Below, piece after piece: positions 1 to 9,200 of a stretch of DNA of 64,000 nt. The DNA is from Bacteroidales bacterium (GTDB taxonomy: Bacteria > Bacteroidota > Bacteroidia > Bacteroidales > JAGONC01), in contig DAOQWY010000015.1 of the NCBI GenBank assembly GCA_035342335.1, positions 6,971 to 70,970 of the forward strand, in the 5' to 3' direction. A model generated the notes under the pieces. That model ran no database searches, was not told the DNA's origin, and saw nothing but the letters and a program-made list of their open reading frames with translations. The stretch's first letter is position 1; every line of letters begins with the position of its first letter. The translations under genes were made by a program, and so were the position numbers.

Positions 1-2174
1 ACAAGGTTACGGATGTTCTTGTAGTATCCTTCGAGCGAAACCTCGAACATCTCACCCAGCAGTGAGGAGTACAATCCCAGGGTGTACTGGTCGCCCGTCA
101 GCGGTTTGATATGATAGTCGCAGAGCTTCCAGATATCGGTCGGGGAGATGGCAATGGTGTTGGAGAGCATGAAAAGGTACTGGTGAAGCCGGTTGTAGCT
201 GGCTTTGACCGACAGATGGCCGGTCAGCAGGTAGGTTGCGCCCAGCCGGTAATCCAGACCGTTGTAGGTCTTGATGAGTGCATTGTTTCCGTAATGCAGC
301 GTATCGGTCAGGTTAATGGCCTCAACCGGGTACCCTGGCTTGTAGGTAAAGACGGTCTTTGGGCCGAGGTAGGTGTAAACCGTGTAACGCAGACCGCCGT
401 TCAGGATCAGCTTGGGCGCTGCTTTCCATTCATCGCCGGCATAGATGGCCGTTTCGATGCCCTTTTCCGGCTCATAACTTTCCGGGATCAGCGTGGAGGC
501 ATCGCCATAAGGCAGCAGGTCGCCCCTGGCTGCCTGATAAAGGATCGAATTCAATCCCACATCGACTGTGTGGTTTAACGAAGGCCTGAGCGTAACGGAG
601 GATCTGAGTTCGTAATGCCCGAGGGTGAAGGATCGTTCATAGGCTTCCATCGCATATTCGGTATTCTTCTCGCCAAGCCTGTACCGGTTATAGATCAGCG
701 ACAGTGCAGCGGAATGCCTTTGCCCGAACTGATTGTTCCACGCAAGGGAGGCGCCGGCATTCCCGTAGGTATAGGCGGAGAGTGTGGCGATCTGTGCATC
801 GTCGTAGCTCCCGTACGAGAAAAAATCGATCCTGTTGCGGTCGTCCAGGCGGAAGGTCAGATTGGCGATGCCATCTGCAAAAAAGGCACTGCTGTTGTGG
901 ATGTCCGGCTCCTTGATCAGATTCAGCACCCAGTCGGAGTAAGTACTTCTAACGGCCAGCATATAGCTGCTTTTATCCTCTTTGAAGGGGCCCTCCACCA
1001 GCAGGCGGGCAGCTACCGGGCTGATGCCGCCCCTGAAGGAGAATTTTTTCAGGTCCCCCTGCCGGCTGGCAACGGAGAAGATGGAAGAGAGTCTTCCGCC
1101 GTATTGAACGGGGATATGGCTTTTATAGATCGAAAAATCACTGACTGCTTCGGGATTGAACGATGAGAAGAACCCAAAGACGTGAGAGGTGTTGTAAACG
1201 GGTACGCTGTTGATATAGAACAGGTTCTGGTCAACGGGGCTTCCCCTGACATTGAATCCGCTGGTGGCTTCCCCGACCGTTTGAATCCCGGGCAGCAGCA
1301 GGGCCACCTTGATCAGGTCCTTCTCACCGAGGACAACGGGGATCTCTTTGATCTCTTTGGTGGAAAGCCGTTCATACCCCATCTGCGTCCCTTTCACGCG
1401 ATTGAACCGGTCGGAGGTGATCTCCACCTCCTCCAGGGCATATACCCGGTGGTCGAGAACCACGTCGAGTCTCCCGTCGGAGAGCAGGGTGAGCTTGTAC
1501 TTTTTATCAAAACTGCCCAGGCTGCTCACCGAAAGCGTGTATTTGCCCAGCGGCAGCACCAGCTGGTACTGGCCTGAATCATTCGTGACCGCAAGGCTCC
1601 GTGTTTCCTCGACATAGACATTGGCCTGCACGGCCGGCGAATGGTCCATTGCGTTGGTGACCTTCCCCCGGATCGTTGCCTGCGTACTGCCAAATCCCTT
1701 GAGCTTCGAACCGATGATCACATTCTCGACAATGAATTCCCGGTAGGTGTCCAGAAATCCGCTGACAGTGGCCTCCCTTTCATTTCCGGCAGGCAAGGTC
1801 TCATCTTTTGCGTCCTGCAACAGCGTAATGTGGCAGATCTCCGGCAGGGCGGACCGGATCCGGCGATCCTTGAAAATGAAAACATTCCCGGCCCGGTCGG
1901 TGGACACTTCGAACCCATAGGGTGAAAACAATTCCGTGAGAAATCCGGTCAGCGGAACAGAATCCTGTTCAATGGATAGGGTCACCTCAGGAAGGCTGTC
2001 AGGATCATAATAAAAACGGACAGGATAGGCATTTTCAACGGCAGCGACAAATTCATTCCAGGAGATCCCATCCGGAAACCCTGACACCACGACCTGATCA
2101 ACCTGAGCCATCGCAAAGAAATGCCATCCAAGCAGAAAGCCACCCATCAATCCGTACTTTAAATGCTTCCTCAT
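1..2174 (-). CDS. TonB-dependent receptor, N-terminal ~724 codons (3' end lies beyond window start)
   Basis: The reverse frame is open from the ATG at 2174-2172 to position 3. It is absent from the ORF track because it has no stop in the window. My translation starts MRKHLKYGLMGGFLLGWHFFAMAQ (signal peptide). It continues with an STN-like stretch (FVAAVENAYPVRFYYDPDSL), a carboxypeptidase-regulatory-like stretch (RGKVTNAMDHSPAVQANVYVEETRSLAVTNDSGQYQLVLPLGKYTLSVS) and a plug-like stretch (LSTKEIKEIPVVLGEKDLIKVALLLPGIQTVGEATSGFNVRGS). The + strand ORFs at 111-1925 are antisense shadows. Confidence 0.8.
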   Translation of the reverse strand, partial: MRKHLKYGLMGGFLLGWHFFAMAQVDQVVVSGFPDGISWNEFVAAVENAYPVRFYYDPDSLPEVTLSIEQDSVPLTGFLTELFSPYGFEVSTDRAGNVFIFKDRRIRSALPEICHITLLQDAKDETLPAGNEREATVSGFLDTYREFIVENVIIGSKLKGFGSTQATIRGKVTNAMDHSPAVQANVYVEETRSLAVTNDSGQYQLVLPLGKYTLSVSSLGSFDKKYKLTLLSDGRLDVVLDHRVYALEEVEITSDRFNRVKGTQMGYERLSTKEIKEIPVVLGEKDLIKVALLLPGIQTVGEATSGFNVRGSPVDQNLFYINSVPVYNTSHVFGFFSSFNPEAVSDFSIYKSHIPVQYGGRLSSIFSVASRQGDLKKFSFRGGISPVAARLLVEGPFKEDKSSYMLAVRSTYSDWVLNLIKEPDIHNSSAFFADGIANLTFRLDDRNRIDFFSYGSYDDAQIATLSAYTYGNAGASLAWNNQFGQRHSAALSLIYNRYRLGEKNTEYAMEAYERSFTLGHYELRSSVTLRPSLNHTVDVGLNSILYQAARGDLLPYGDASTLIPESYEPEKGIETAIYAGDEWKAAPKLILNGGLRYTVYTYLGPKTVFTYKPGYPVEAINLTDTLHYGNNALIKTYNGLDYRLGATYLLTGHLSVKASYNRLHQYLFMLSNTIAISPTDIWKLCDYHIKPLTGDQYTLGLYSSLLGEMFEVSLEGYYKNIRNL

Positions 2175-2914
2175 TCTGCCGACGGATAAAATTGACTGCA
2201 ATAATCCAGTAAAAGCTTGATTTGACTGCTGGTGGCCTTGCGGTACCGGATATGGTTCTTATGTAAGAACCGCCTGATCTGGTCCTTTCCTGACGGAAAA
2301 AAGGCCAAAAGTGATTTCGTTGAATAAACAGGGTACCACTGGCCGGTATGGATATAGTGGCGGGATGCCTGCTGCGACCACAGACCGTGGGGTGTGGAAG
2401 CGGAGTATTTTCGGATGTATTCTTTATGATATCCTGAAACAAAGGTGAATCCGTTCCTGTGGATCAGCTCATAGAAGGCCGTATCCTGCTCACCCAGCGC
2501 CAGGTGTTTGTTGTTGATGAAAAGATGGTCGTCCAGGTAAAGGGAATCCATCTTCCAGCTGTTGAGGACGATCCTGACGGTGGCGCCCTCTTTGAACACG
2601 GCGTTCAGGATCATTTTTTTCGTTGTAAGGTCATAGCTGATCTCCTGGCGGTCGAACCTGCGGCCCTCGACATACACGGTTCCGTTGAACCATTCCTCCC
2701 GTTCGAAAAAGGGATGGCGGTCGATCAACGGACTGGACGGTATATAAATGCTTCCGCTAACCAGCAGGTCGTCGCTGCCATAGGCGTCGGTAACCCACTC
2801 AATGAATTCGGTCCCTGAAGCGGGACGAAATTCATCTGTTGGCTGAGCAAGAACGCCTGCAGCACACATCCAGAGGATCAGGGTGAATGGCCCGTATCTT
2901 TTTATTCCTCTCAT
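2171..2914 (-). CDS. hypothetical secreted protein, translationally coupled to the TonB-dependent receptor
   Basis: ORF 2171..2956. The ATG at 2914 gives a signal-like N-terminus, MRGIKRYGPFTLILWMCAAGVLAQ. Its TGA (2173-2171) overlaps the receptor ATG (2174-2172) as ATGA. No family recognised. Confidence 0.55.
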   Translation of the reverse strand: MRGIKRYGPFTLILWMCAAGVLAQPTDEFRPASGTEFIEWVTDAYGSDDLLVSGSIYIPSSPLIDRHPFFEREEWFNGTVYVEGRRFDRQEISYDLTTKKMILNAVFKEGATVRIVLNSWKMDSLYLDDHLFINNKHLALGEQDTAFYELIHRNGFTFVSGYHKEYIRKYSASTPHGLWSQQASRHYIHTGQWYPVYSTKSLLAFFPSGKDQIRRFLHKNHIRYRKATSSQIKLLLDYCSQFYPSAE

Positions 2915-3085
2915 AATCAATGCATTGAACCTAAAAAAAGATGATGACCCCATCAAAAAGGGTTTCGATCAATGATCTTGATTCCGTCAATAAAAGTACA
3001 AGAAATATCGCAATCAAAGAGGATCATCGTTTTAATGTACGCCACCCCTGCCAGCAGGGGAGGAGTGCAGGAACCCGCGATGGAT

Positions 3086-4483
3086 TCATTCCACGATGCC
3101 CAGCGGGAGTTGCGATTCCCATTCCCCCCGCGTGAAGTCGGGCACTTCGGCCGGTTGACTGTGATTTCGGACCGATCGTTCGCTTAATTCCACGATGCTT
3201 GACCAGGCTGCGGCATCGTACACATCCTGGTCGAGCGGCAGGCCGTTGCGCAGGCAGTGGATCAGCCGCCAGTCCATGATGAAGTCCATCCCGCCGTGGC
3301 CACCCACCTCTTTTGCTTTTTCGCCCACCTTCCGGGCCAGCGGATGTTCGTATTGCTGCAGCATTTGATCCATTTTTTCTTCAGGCAGCCATTGATGGGA
3401 TTCAGGTTCCAGGGCGATACGCTGATCGGGCCATTTCTGGGCGATGCCCTTTGTGCCGCTGATCAGGTGGATGCGGCTGTAGGGGCGGGGACTGGTGGTG
3501 TCGTGCTGGATCAGGATCGTTTTGCCACGGTGTGTCCTGACCAGGGTTGTGTTCATGTCGCCCAGCTCATAATGCTGACGTGCTTCCGGGGAATCGTTGC
3601 CAAATGTATTGGCAGCGTAGAGGCTCATGCCGAGCTGGTTGGCCGACATCGAGGTCAGGTACGCCATCCGGTCGCTGCGGTTGATCCCCAGGATCTGGGC
3701 TACGGGACCCAGCCCGTGGGTGGGGTAGGGATTTCCCGTATGTTTCATGCTGTGTTTCAGGCGCCACATAGCGTGGTATCCGTTTTCCTTATCGAATTTC
3801 AGCCAGCGCAGATCGTGGATGTATGCACATTCGGCATGCATGATCTCACCGAAGACGCCCTGGCGGGCCATGTTTAGGGTGGCCAGCTCAAAGAAGTCGT
3901 AGCAGCAGTTTTCCAGCATCATGCAGTGCCGGCGGGTCTGTTCGGCCGTATCGACCAGTTCCCAGCATTGTTTCAGCGTCAGGGCGGCCGGAACCTCCAC
4001 GGCGGCATGCTTCCCCTGCTGCATGGCATGGATCGCGTTGGGCGTATGCAGTTCCCAGGGCGTACAGATGTACACCAGGTCGACGTTTTCGAGCTGGCAC
4101 AGGTTCATCCAGTCGTTTTCACCTGCCGCGAATCCTGCCGGTTGTTGTTTTCCCCTATCGGTGACGATCTGTTGTGCCTTGCCGACCCGTTCGGGCAGCA
4201 CATCACACACTGCGCTGATCTCCACCCCTTCCACAAAGAGCAGGCGTTCCACGGCCTCCATTCCTCGCATGCCCAGGCCGATGACACCGATGCGGACCTT
4301 TTCCAGCGGTTCGCAGGCCAGGCCCATCACGCTTTTCTGACCGCGGATCCGGTTCGGTGACCGCGATTCGCCGGGCGTCGCTGACCGGTCCGCTGCCAGG
4401 CTCCTGAGACCCAGTCCGACTCCTGCTGCTCCCAAAGCAGCGGTTTTGAGGAAATTCCGGCGGGAGGTTGATTGGTTATTCAT
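3086..4483 (-). CDS. Tat-exported Gfo/Idh/MocA-family NAD oxidoreductase, GH109-like
   Basis: 465-aa ORF. SRRNFLKTAALGAAGVGLG is a twin-arginine signal. VRIGVIGLGMRGMEAV is a Rossmann GxGxxG. The size and layout are typical of periplasmic GH109/Gfo-Idh-MocA enzymes. Confidence 0.75.
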   Translation of the reverse strand: MNNQSTSRRNFLKTAALGAAGVGLGLRSLAADRSATPGESRSPNRIRGQKSVMGLACEPLEKVRIGVIGLGMRGMEAVERLLFVEGVEISAVCDVLPERVGKAQQIVTDRGKQQPAGFAAGENDWMNLCQLENVDLVYICTPWELHTPNAIHAMQQGKHAAVEVPAALTLKQCWELVDTAEQTRRHCMMLENCCYDFFELATLNMARQGVFGEIMHAECAYIHDLRWLKFDKENGYHAMWRLKHSMKHTGNPYPTHGLGPVAQILGINRSDRMAYLTSMSANQLGMSLYAANTFGNDSPEARQHYELGDMNTTLVRTHRGKTILIQHDTTSPRPYSRIHLISGTKGIAQKWPDQRIALEPESHQWLPEEKMDQMLQQYEHPLARKVGEKAKEVGGHGGMDFIMDWRLIHCLRNGLPLDQDVYDAAAWSSIVELSERSVRNHSQPAEVPDFTRGEWESQLPLGIVE

Positions 4484-4698
4484 GGTTATTTGTGGTCATT
4501 TGCTCGGCCTTTCAGGCCTCGCGTTATTTGTTGTCATTTGCTCGGCGCGGAGTTTATCCCGACTTTCGTCGGGACGTCGCTTCGCTCCACCGTCGACCGC
4601 CGACCGCCGACCGCCGACCGGCTACCGGCAACCGCCTACCGGCTACCGGCTACCGGCTACCGCCGACCGGCTACAGGCTACCGGCTACCGGCTACCCT
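4478..4698. repeat. composite tandem-repeat element R1: degenerate 10-mers, conserved core, then 15 x 7-mer (CTACCGG/CGACCGC)
   Basis: 10-mers: attcatggtt, atttgtggtc, atttgctcgg (4478-4507) and atttgttgtc, atttgctcgg (4526-4545). Perfect hairpin tcccgac-tttc-gtcggga at 4557-4574. Fifteen contiguous 7-bp units at 4594-4698. It shares the exact strings ATTTGCTCGGCGC (4536-4548) and GCCTCGCGTTATTT (4516-4529) with the reverse complement of 55377-55410. Confidence 0.9.
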
Positions 4699-5749
4699 TC
4701 CTCCTCCCAATACCGATCCCTCGCTTGGTTTTGGCCACCAGGATCGACTTCTGACTGCTGTCTTCTGTCTTCTGATCATCACTCAACGCTGCAAACACCT
4801 CCTTCACCGCCATCGTAAGTGGAACGCTGACGATCCCGCCGATGATCCCCAGCAGAAAGGTCCAGAAGATCAGTGAAATGAACAATTCGAGAAAGGATAT
4901 TTTCAGTCCCTCCTTCATGAACAGGGGCCGTACAACATTGTCGGAGATTGTATTGATGATGACATAGCCAGCGATCAGGATCAGGGCCTTCTGCCAGCCG
5001 AAAAGGATCAGCGCCAGCAGGGCCGGGGGGATCATGGAAATGATGAACCCGATGGTGGGGATGAAGCTCAGGAACCAGGCCAGCACTGCCCAGAGGATGG
5101 CATACTCGATGCCCAGGATCCAGAGCAGGATCAGGTCGGCCAGGGAGGAAATGAACCCTGAGAGGGCCGTGACCGACAGGTATTTGGTGATGTCGTTGCT
5201 GAACGGGCCAAAACGGGAAAGGACCAGGTGGTTGCGGAGTGCTCCGCCGGCCATTTTTTTGTTCAGTACCAGGAATTCAAAAAGGAAGACCACGACCAGT
5301 ATGCTGATGAAAAAGAAACCGCTTAACATCGAGGCGATCCGCGACAGGGTAGAGGAAGCGAGGGTCAGGATCCTGGCGGGATCGAAGATGCCCCATGACC
5401 AAAGTTTGGACGTATCGATACCCATCGAAACGAACCATTCGTTCACGGTTGAGTACAATGCCCTGACCTTCACCTCATAAGCCGGCAGATCGTTGATGAA
5501 GCGTACGATGGAATTTCCGACAAGGATGCTCACCAGCGTACCCACGACGAGCACCAGGATGAACGTAAGTGCCACGGCCCCGTACTTCGGGATCTTGATC
5601 CTGATCATCCAGTTGGTCAGGGGTAAAATGGCAAAAGCCAGCAACAGTGACAGCAGGAACGGGTTGACCAGGCTGGCGATCTGGTGCAGCCCGGCCGCCA
5701 GAATGACACAGGAAGCCCCTGCAATCAGGTATTTATTCAGTCGATCCAT
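4685..5749 (-). CDS. AI-2E family transporter (PerM/UPF0118-like permease)
   Basis: ORF 4685..5773 starts at TTG, so I prefer the ATG at 5749 (MDRLNKYLIAGAS...). It is multi-pass hydrophobic, and the layout and C-terminal region (IISMIPPALLALILFGWQKALILIAGYVIINTISDNVVRPLFM) are typical of the AI-2E/PerM family. The stop codon and last residues (GRRKGSR*) are encoded by the R1 7-mer array. Confidence 0.75.
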   Translation of the reverse strand: MDRLNKYLIAGASCVILAAGLHQIASLVNPFLLSLLLAFAILPLTNWMIRIKIPKYGAVALTFILVLVVGTLVSILVGNSIVRFINDLPAYEVKVRALYSTVNEWFVSMGIDTSKLWSWGIFDPARILTLASSTLSRIASMLSGFFFISILVVVFLFEFLVLNKKMAGGALRNHLVLSRFGPFSNDITKYLSVTALSGFISSLADLILLWILGIEYAILWAVLAWFLSFIPTIGFIISMIPPALLALILFGWQKALILIAGYVIINTISDNVVRPLFMKEGLKISFLELFISLIFWTFLLGIIGGIVSVPLTMAVKEVFAALSDDQKTEDSSQKSILVAKTKRGIGIGRRKGSR

Positions 5750-5834
5750 AAGGTCTTGATTGGTTAAAACCAAACAAATTTAGCCTCTAAATCAAATATC
5801 TGATCAAAAATGCGCTAAAAAACCAAATTTATCC

Positions 5835-5842
5835 TAATTTTG
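5835..5842 (+). promoter_or_regulatory. Bacteroidota-type -7 promoter box TAATTTTG upstream of tRNA-Pro
   Basis: Exact match to the TAnnTTTG consensus, 25 nt upstream of the tRNA 5' end. No clear -33 TTTG seen. Confidence 0.4.
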
Positions 5843-5866
5843 CACCACCACACCCACACCCACACC
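5843..5866 (+). repeat. hexanucleotide tandem repeat (CACCAC then CACACC x3) abutting the tRNA 5' end
   Basis: Read directly: caccac cacacc cacacc cacacc, followed immediately by tRNA position 1 at 5867. Confidence 0.85.
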
Positions 5867-5941
5867 CGGGGTGTAGCGCAGCCTGGTTAGCGCGCTTGAC
5901 TGGGGGTCAAGAGGTCGCGAGTTCAAATCTCGCCACTCCGA
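5867..5941 (+). tRNA. tRNA-Pro, anticodon GGG
   Basis: A 75-nt cloverleaf folded by hand. Acceptor stem CGGGGTG/CACTCCG with one G-T pair. D arm GCGC-AGCCTGGTTA-GCGC. Anticodon arm CTTGA-CTGGGGG-TCAAG with GGG at positions 34-36. Variable loop AGGTC. T arm GCGAG-TTCAAAT-CTCGC. Discriminator A. CCA is not encoded. Confidence 0.9.
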
Positions 5942-5944
5942 CAG

Positions 5945-5984
5945 AAAACGAAACTCCTGATAATTAGGAGTTTCGTTTTTTTTT
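5945..5984 (+). terminator. intrinsic terminator after tRNA-Pro
   Basis: The stem cgaaactcct (5949-5958) pairs perfectly with aggagtttcg (5966-5975). The loop is 7 nt and is followed by a run of nine T (5976-5984). Confidence 0.8.
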
Positions 5985-5987
5985 GTA

Positions 5988-6137
5988 CCCCACCCCTGCA
6001 CGAGGTTGTATCAAAAGTCATTTTACACCGCAAAGTCGTGAAGCCACTAAGAAAAAGAATATTGATTATGAGGACTTTGCGTCTTTGCGGTTTTTATTAT
6101 AATAATTCCTTTTGTCACAACCTCGACGGGGGAGGGG
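5988..6137. repeat. nested imperfect inverted repeats (structured ~150-bp intergenic element)
   Basis: Outer arms are ccccacccctgcacgaggttgt (5988-6009) and acaacctcgacgggggagggg (6117-6137). Inner arms are accgcaaagtc (6027-6037) versus gactttgcg (6073-6081) and ctttgcggt (6083-6091). No ORF. Confidence 0.5.
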
Positions 6138-6169
6138 TAAATGGTTAAATTCTTCGGTGCTTGCGCCAG

Positions 6170-6195
6170 AAAAAAGGATCCAGGGATCTCCCTGG
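6170..6195 (-). terminator. probable intrinsic terminator of the 6260-9301 gene
   Basis: On the minus strand the hairpin ccaggg-agat-ccctgg is followed by atcctttttt. It lies about 65 nt downstream of the stop at 6260. Confidence 0.5.
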
Positions 6196-6259
6196 GGTTT
6201 ATGCCAGTTATACGGAATGTGAAAATTACCCCGACCGATCCATTAAGATTGCACAGTCA

Positions 6260-9200
6260 TCAGTAATTGACCGGCACAACACTAATCCAGGTACTGGTAG
6301 TGTATGTCGGGTCGGTAAAATAATCAATGTTGGTGAAGATCATCGCCGGATCGTTCCCTGTACCGCTGTAGCGAATGATTCCATTCATATCCACGTCTTC
6401 CGGATAGTAACCGGTGACGATATCGTTCATTGCAGGGGAGGGGATCAGCGATCCGATCCGGACAAACACATAGGATTTATCATTGTTCGCTCCACTGTAC
6501 CTTAACAGTTTATCCCAGTTGACGTCCCCGGCTATTTGCCCGTAAACTCCTGTTTCAAGGGGGAAGACCGCGTTGGAGGTTCTGTATGCATTGGCGGCGG
6601 AGGCCGTCAGGTCATACCTGGTGGCCTGGGTATTGGGAAGGATAATGGCGCTGGCGGTCATCACCGGAAAGTGATTGCGGTGATAGATGACCACATAATA
6701 AGAATTTCCCTGGACAATCTCATTGAATAACGGCGGATTGACCTGATCGGTGCCGACAATCCACCCATTGCTCAGCAGAAGGGCTGACTGTCGTGCCACC
6801 AGGGTGCTGGCCAGCGTATCCGTTCGGAGCTCAACAACGACCCAGTCCACTGCATCGGCGTTAAAGGAGGTTACCGACTCGGTGCCTTCGTAAGCCAGGG
6901 GTGTGGTTGCATAGGGTTGAAGGAGGGGTAAGTAGCTGCCTGCATTCAGGTCGGTCCGCATCAGGTCCGTGGCGGTGTTGTAGGCTCCCTGCAGGAAGGT
7001 CTTCAGGTATACATAACTGTCTGCAGGTGTTTCAGGACCGATCAGGATGGTAAAATCCTCAACCTCCCCGTAAGTGAACGATTCACAGTAACCGGGAGCA
7101 CTGCCATACTTCATGGAAACACGCATCCTTGTGGTTACGGATAAATCAGAAGGAATAGCCACTGAACCGGTAACCGCGTTTTTTTTATTGCTGGCCGTAA
7201 AGACCTCTTCGCCGGAATCCGAAAAGTCCCCATCATGATTGTAATCGATCCAGATCTTCCAGTATTCAGCATACACAGTGCCTGCATATGCTGGAGTCAG
7301 GATGATACTGTAAGTTTCTCCCGAATTGACAGGAATGGTGTCGGAAGTGAAATTGGAATAGCCTGCAGCACCGGAATTTTTGGTAAAGGAACCAAAGGCG
7401 ACCTGCGCGATCCATTCATCCGAATAGTCAGCGCTACCTGAAGCACAATAGGCCAGATCGACCTGAATGTAATTCGTCTTGGTTTCTGTGTCGCTTTCAT
7501 CCCCATCGCTCACAGTCAGGGTGACATCATAGATCCCGATCGTGTCATAGGTCACTGTTGGGTTTTCCAGGGTGCTGGTGGCTGGTGTGCCACCCTCAAA
7601 CTCCCAGGACCAGGAAGTTGGACTGCCAGTGGAGAGGTCCGTGAAAGCAACGGTCCCCCCGGGGAGCGGTGTGGTCGTGCTTGCTGAAAAATTGGCCGCC
7701 AGCGGCATCGTGCCGATGATAAAGCTGGCAATTTTGGTTTTCCGTGCGCCCCCGGTCCCGATGTACTCAGAGGTGAACCAGAAAGTGTCATCATCCGTGG
7801 GATCAACCTGCATGCCCGAATAATCACCCCAGCGGTTATAGGATGACTGAAAATAAACGCCATCCTGGATGATCTCCTCCGGTACATCGAGGATGCCGCT
7901 GGCGGTGGCATATCCATCAGCTGACTGTCCGCAGTAGCGAATGGCCGGGTAGATGGAAGAGCTGGAAACAGAATATCCCAGGCCGATCTCGTTCTGCCCG
8001 TTCAGCACAATGCTTCCCATCCACCGGGAATGACTGTCCGGAGCATACGTCCCCTGCTGCCTCACCGTCCAGTCCCCGCCGGAAACCCTCCGCAGTTCAT
8101 ACCATCGGATCCCGGCGTGGTCGGTGGCATCCACATCAACCGTATGACAACAGAGAATCGTCTCATAGGTGTTGAAATTCCGGTACTGAGGTGGATTCAT
8201 GATCACCTGGGGAATGGCGTCCAGTTCCTGCGAGGTTCCCAGCTGTTTGATGTTGTCCCAGTTGCTGCCGAAATTGCTGTCGAAAGCTGCCACGTTCACT
8301 TGTTGGGAACGGGTGAAGGTGGAGCTGGAAGGCGTTGTCCAGTCAACATCCAGTTCGTAGATCCAGAGCTGGTCGCTGCCGCCGCCGATCGCATCATCGT
8401 TGATGGTTATGAACAGGCCCGGTTCACCTTCGGGGGCAAAAGGGCCGTCGTTATCCAGTGGCGGCACGCACATGAAACCGTCGATCGTGGTCGGGCGCCA
8501 GGGATTGTTGAAACCAACAGCCTGAGCCGTGCCACCGATGAGCATTTGATCTCTTTCAAGGACATAAATGTCATTGCCCGTCGAATTATTGGTGCCCAGG
8601 TAATATCCATCCCGCCAGATCCCGAACTTCGGATAATCGGGCATGTCGGCAACATCGAAGGAGTATTTGTGCCAGGTACCGGTTGGATCGCTGGTAGTTG
8701 ACACAGCTACCAGCAGGTAGTCGTTTGAGCCGCAAATGGAAAATTCGGCTACCAGCCATCTGTTAGCCTGCTCATCATACAGGACGATGGGATCGCCATC
8801 GTTGCACGTAGATCCGGCGACGCCTGCGAAAAGCGTATTCAAAGCGGAGGGGCCGGCAACCAGCATTCCGGATTTATCATAGATGGCATAAACCGTATTG
8901 ATGGTTTGCATATAATGGTTGGGCCCCACGGAACCATTGGCATCAGGAGGGTAGTAGGGCGAATCCTGCCCGTTGAAGTTAAGGATTGGGGCCCTGGAAA
9001 TGCGATCGGCCCCACCTTGCCTTTGCCAAACCGGATCCGGGCCCTGGGGAAGCGCTGTGGCTGCAAAAGGATATGATCGTGTCCGTAGCTTGGGATTGAG
9101 CAATTTTCGTTCTGCTTTTTCCACCATACGTTGCCAGTCGGCCTCAGTGAGGGTCGGCAAATCCCGTAATGGCGGGGTTTCCCCAAGGTATTCACCGGTA

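Noticed and set aside
111-1925. A series of + strand ORFs (155, 183, 131, 102 and 94 aa and others) at the window start.
   Set aside because: They are fragmented, Gly/Val/Asp/Arg-rich and lie antisense to a continuous, motif-bearing TonB-dependent receptor frame on the minus strand. They are typical shadow ORFs.
4446-4876. Three overlapping + strand ORFs (102-134 aa) over R1. Analogous minus-strand ORFs lie at 55260-55614 (VVIRGHSWSF repeats).
   Set aside because: These are purely repeat-encoded periodic peptides in all three frames, with no start context or flanking coding signal.
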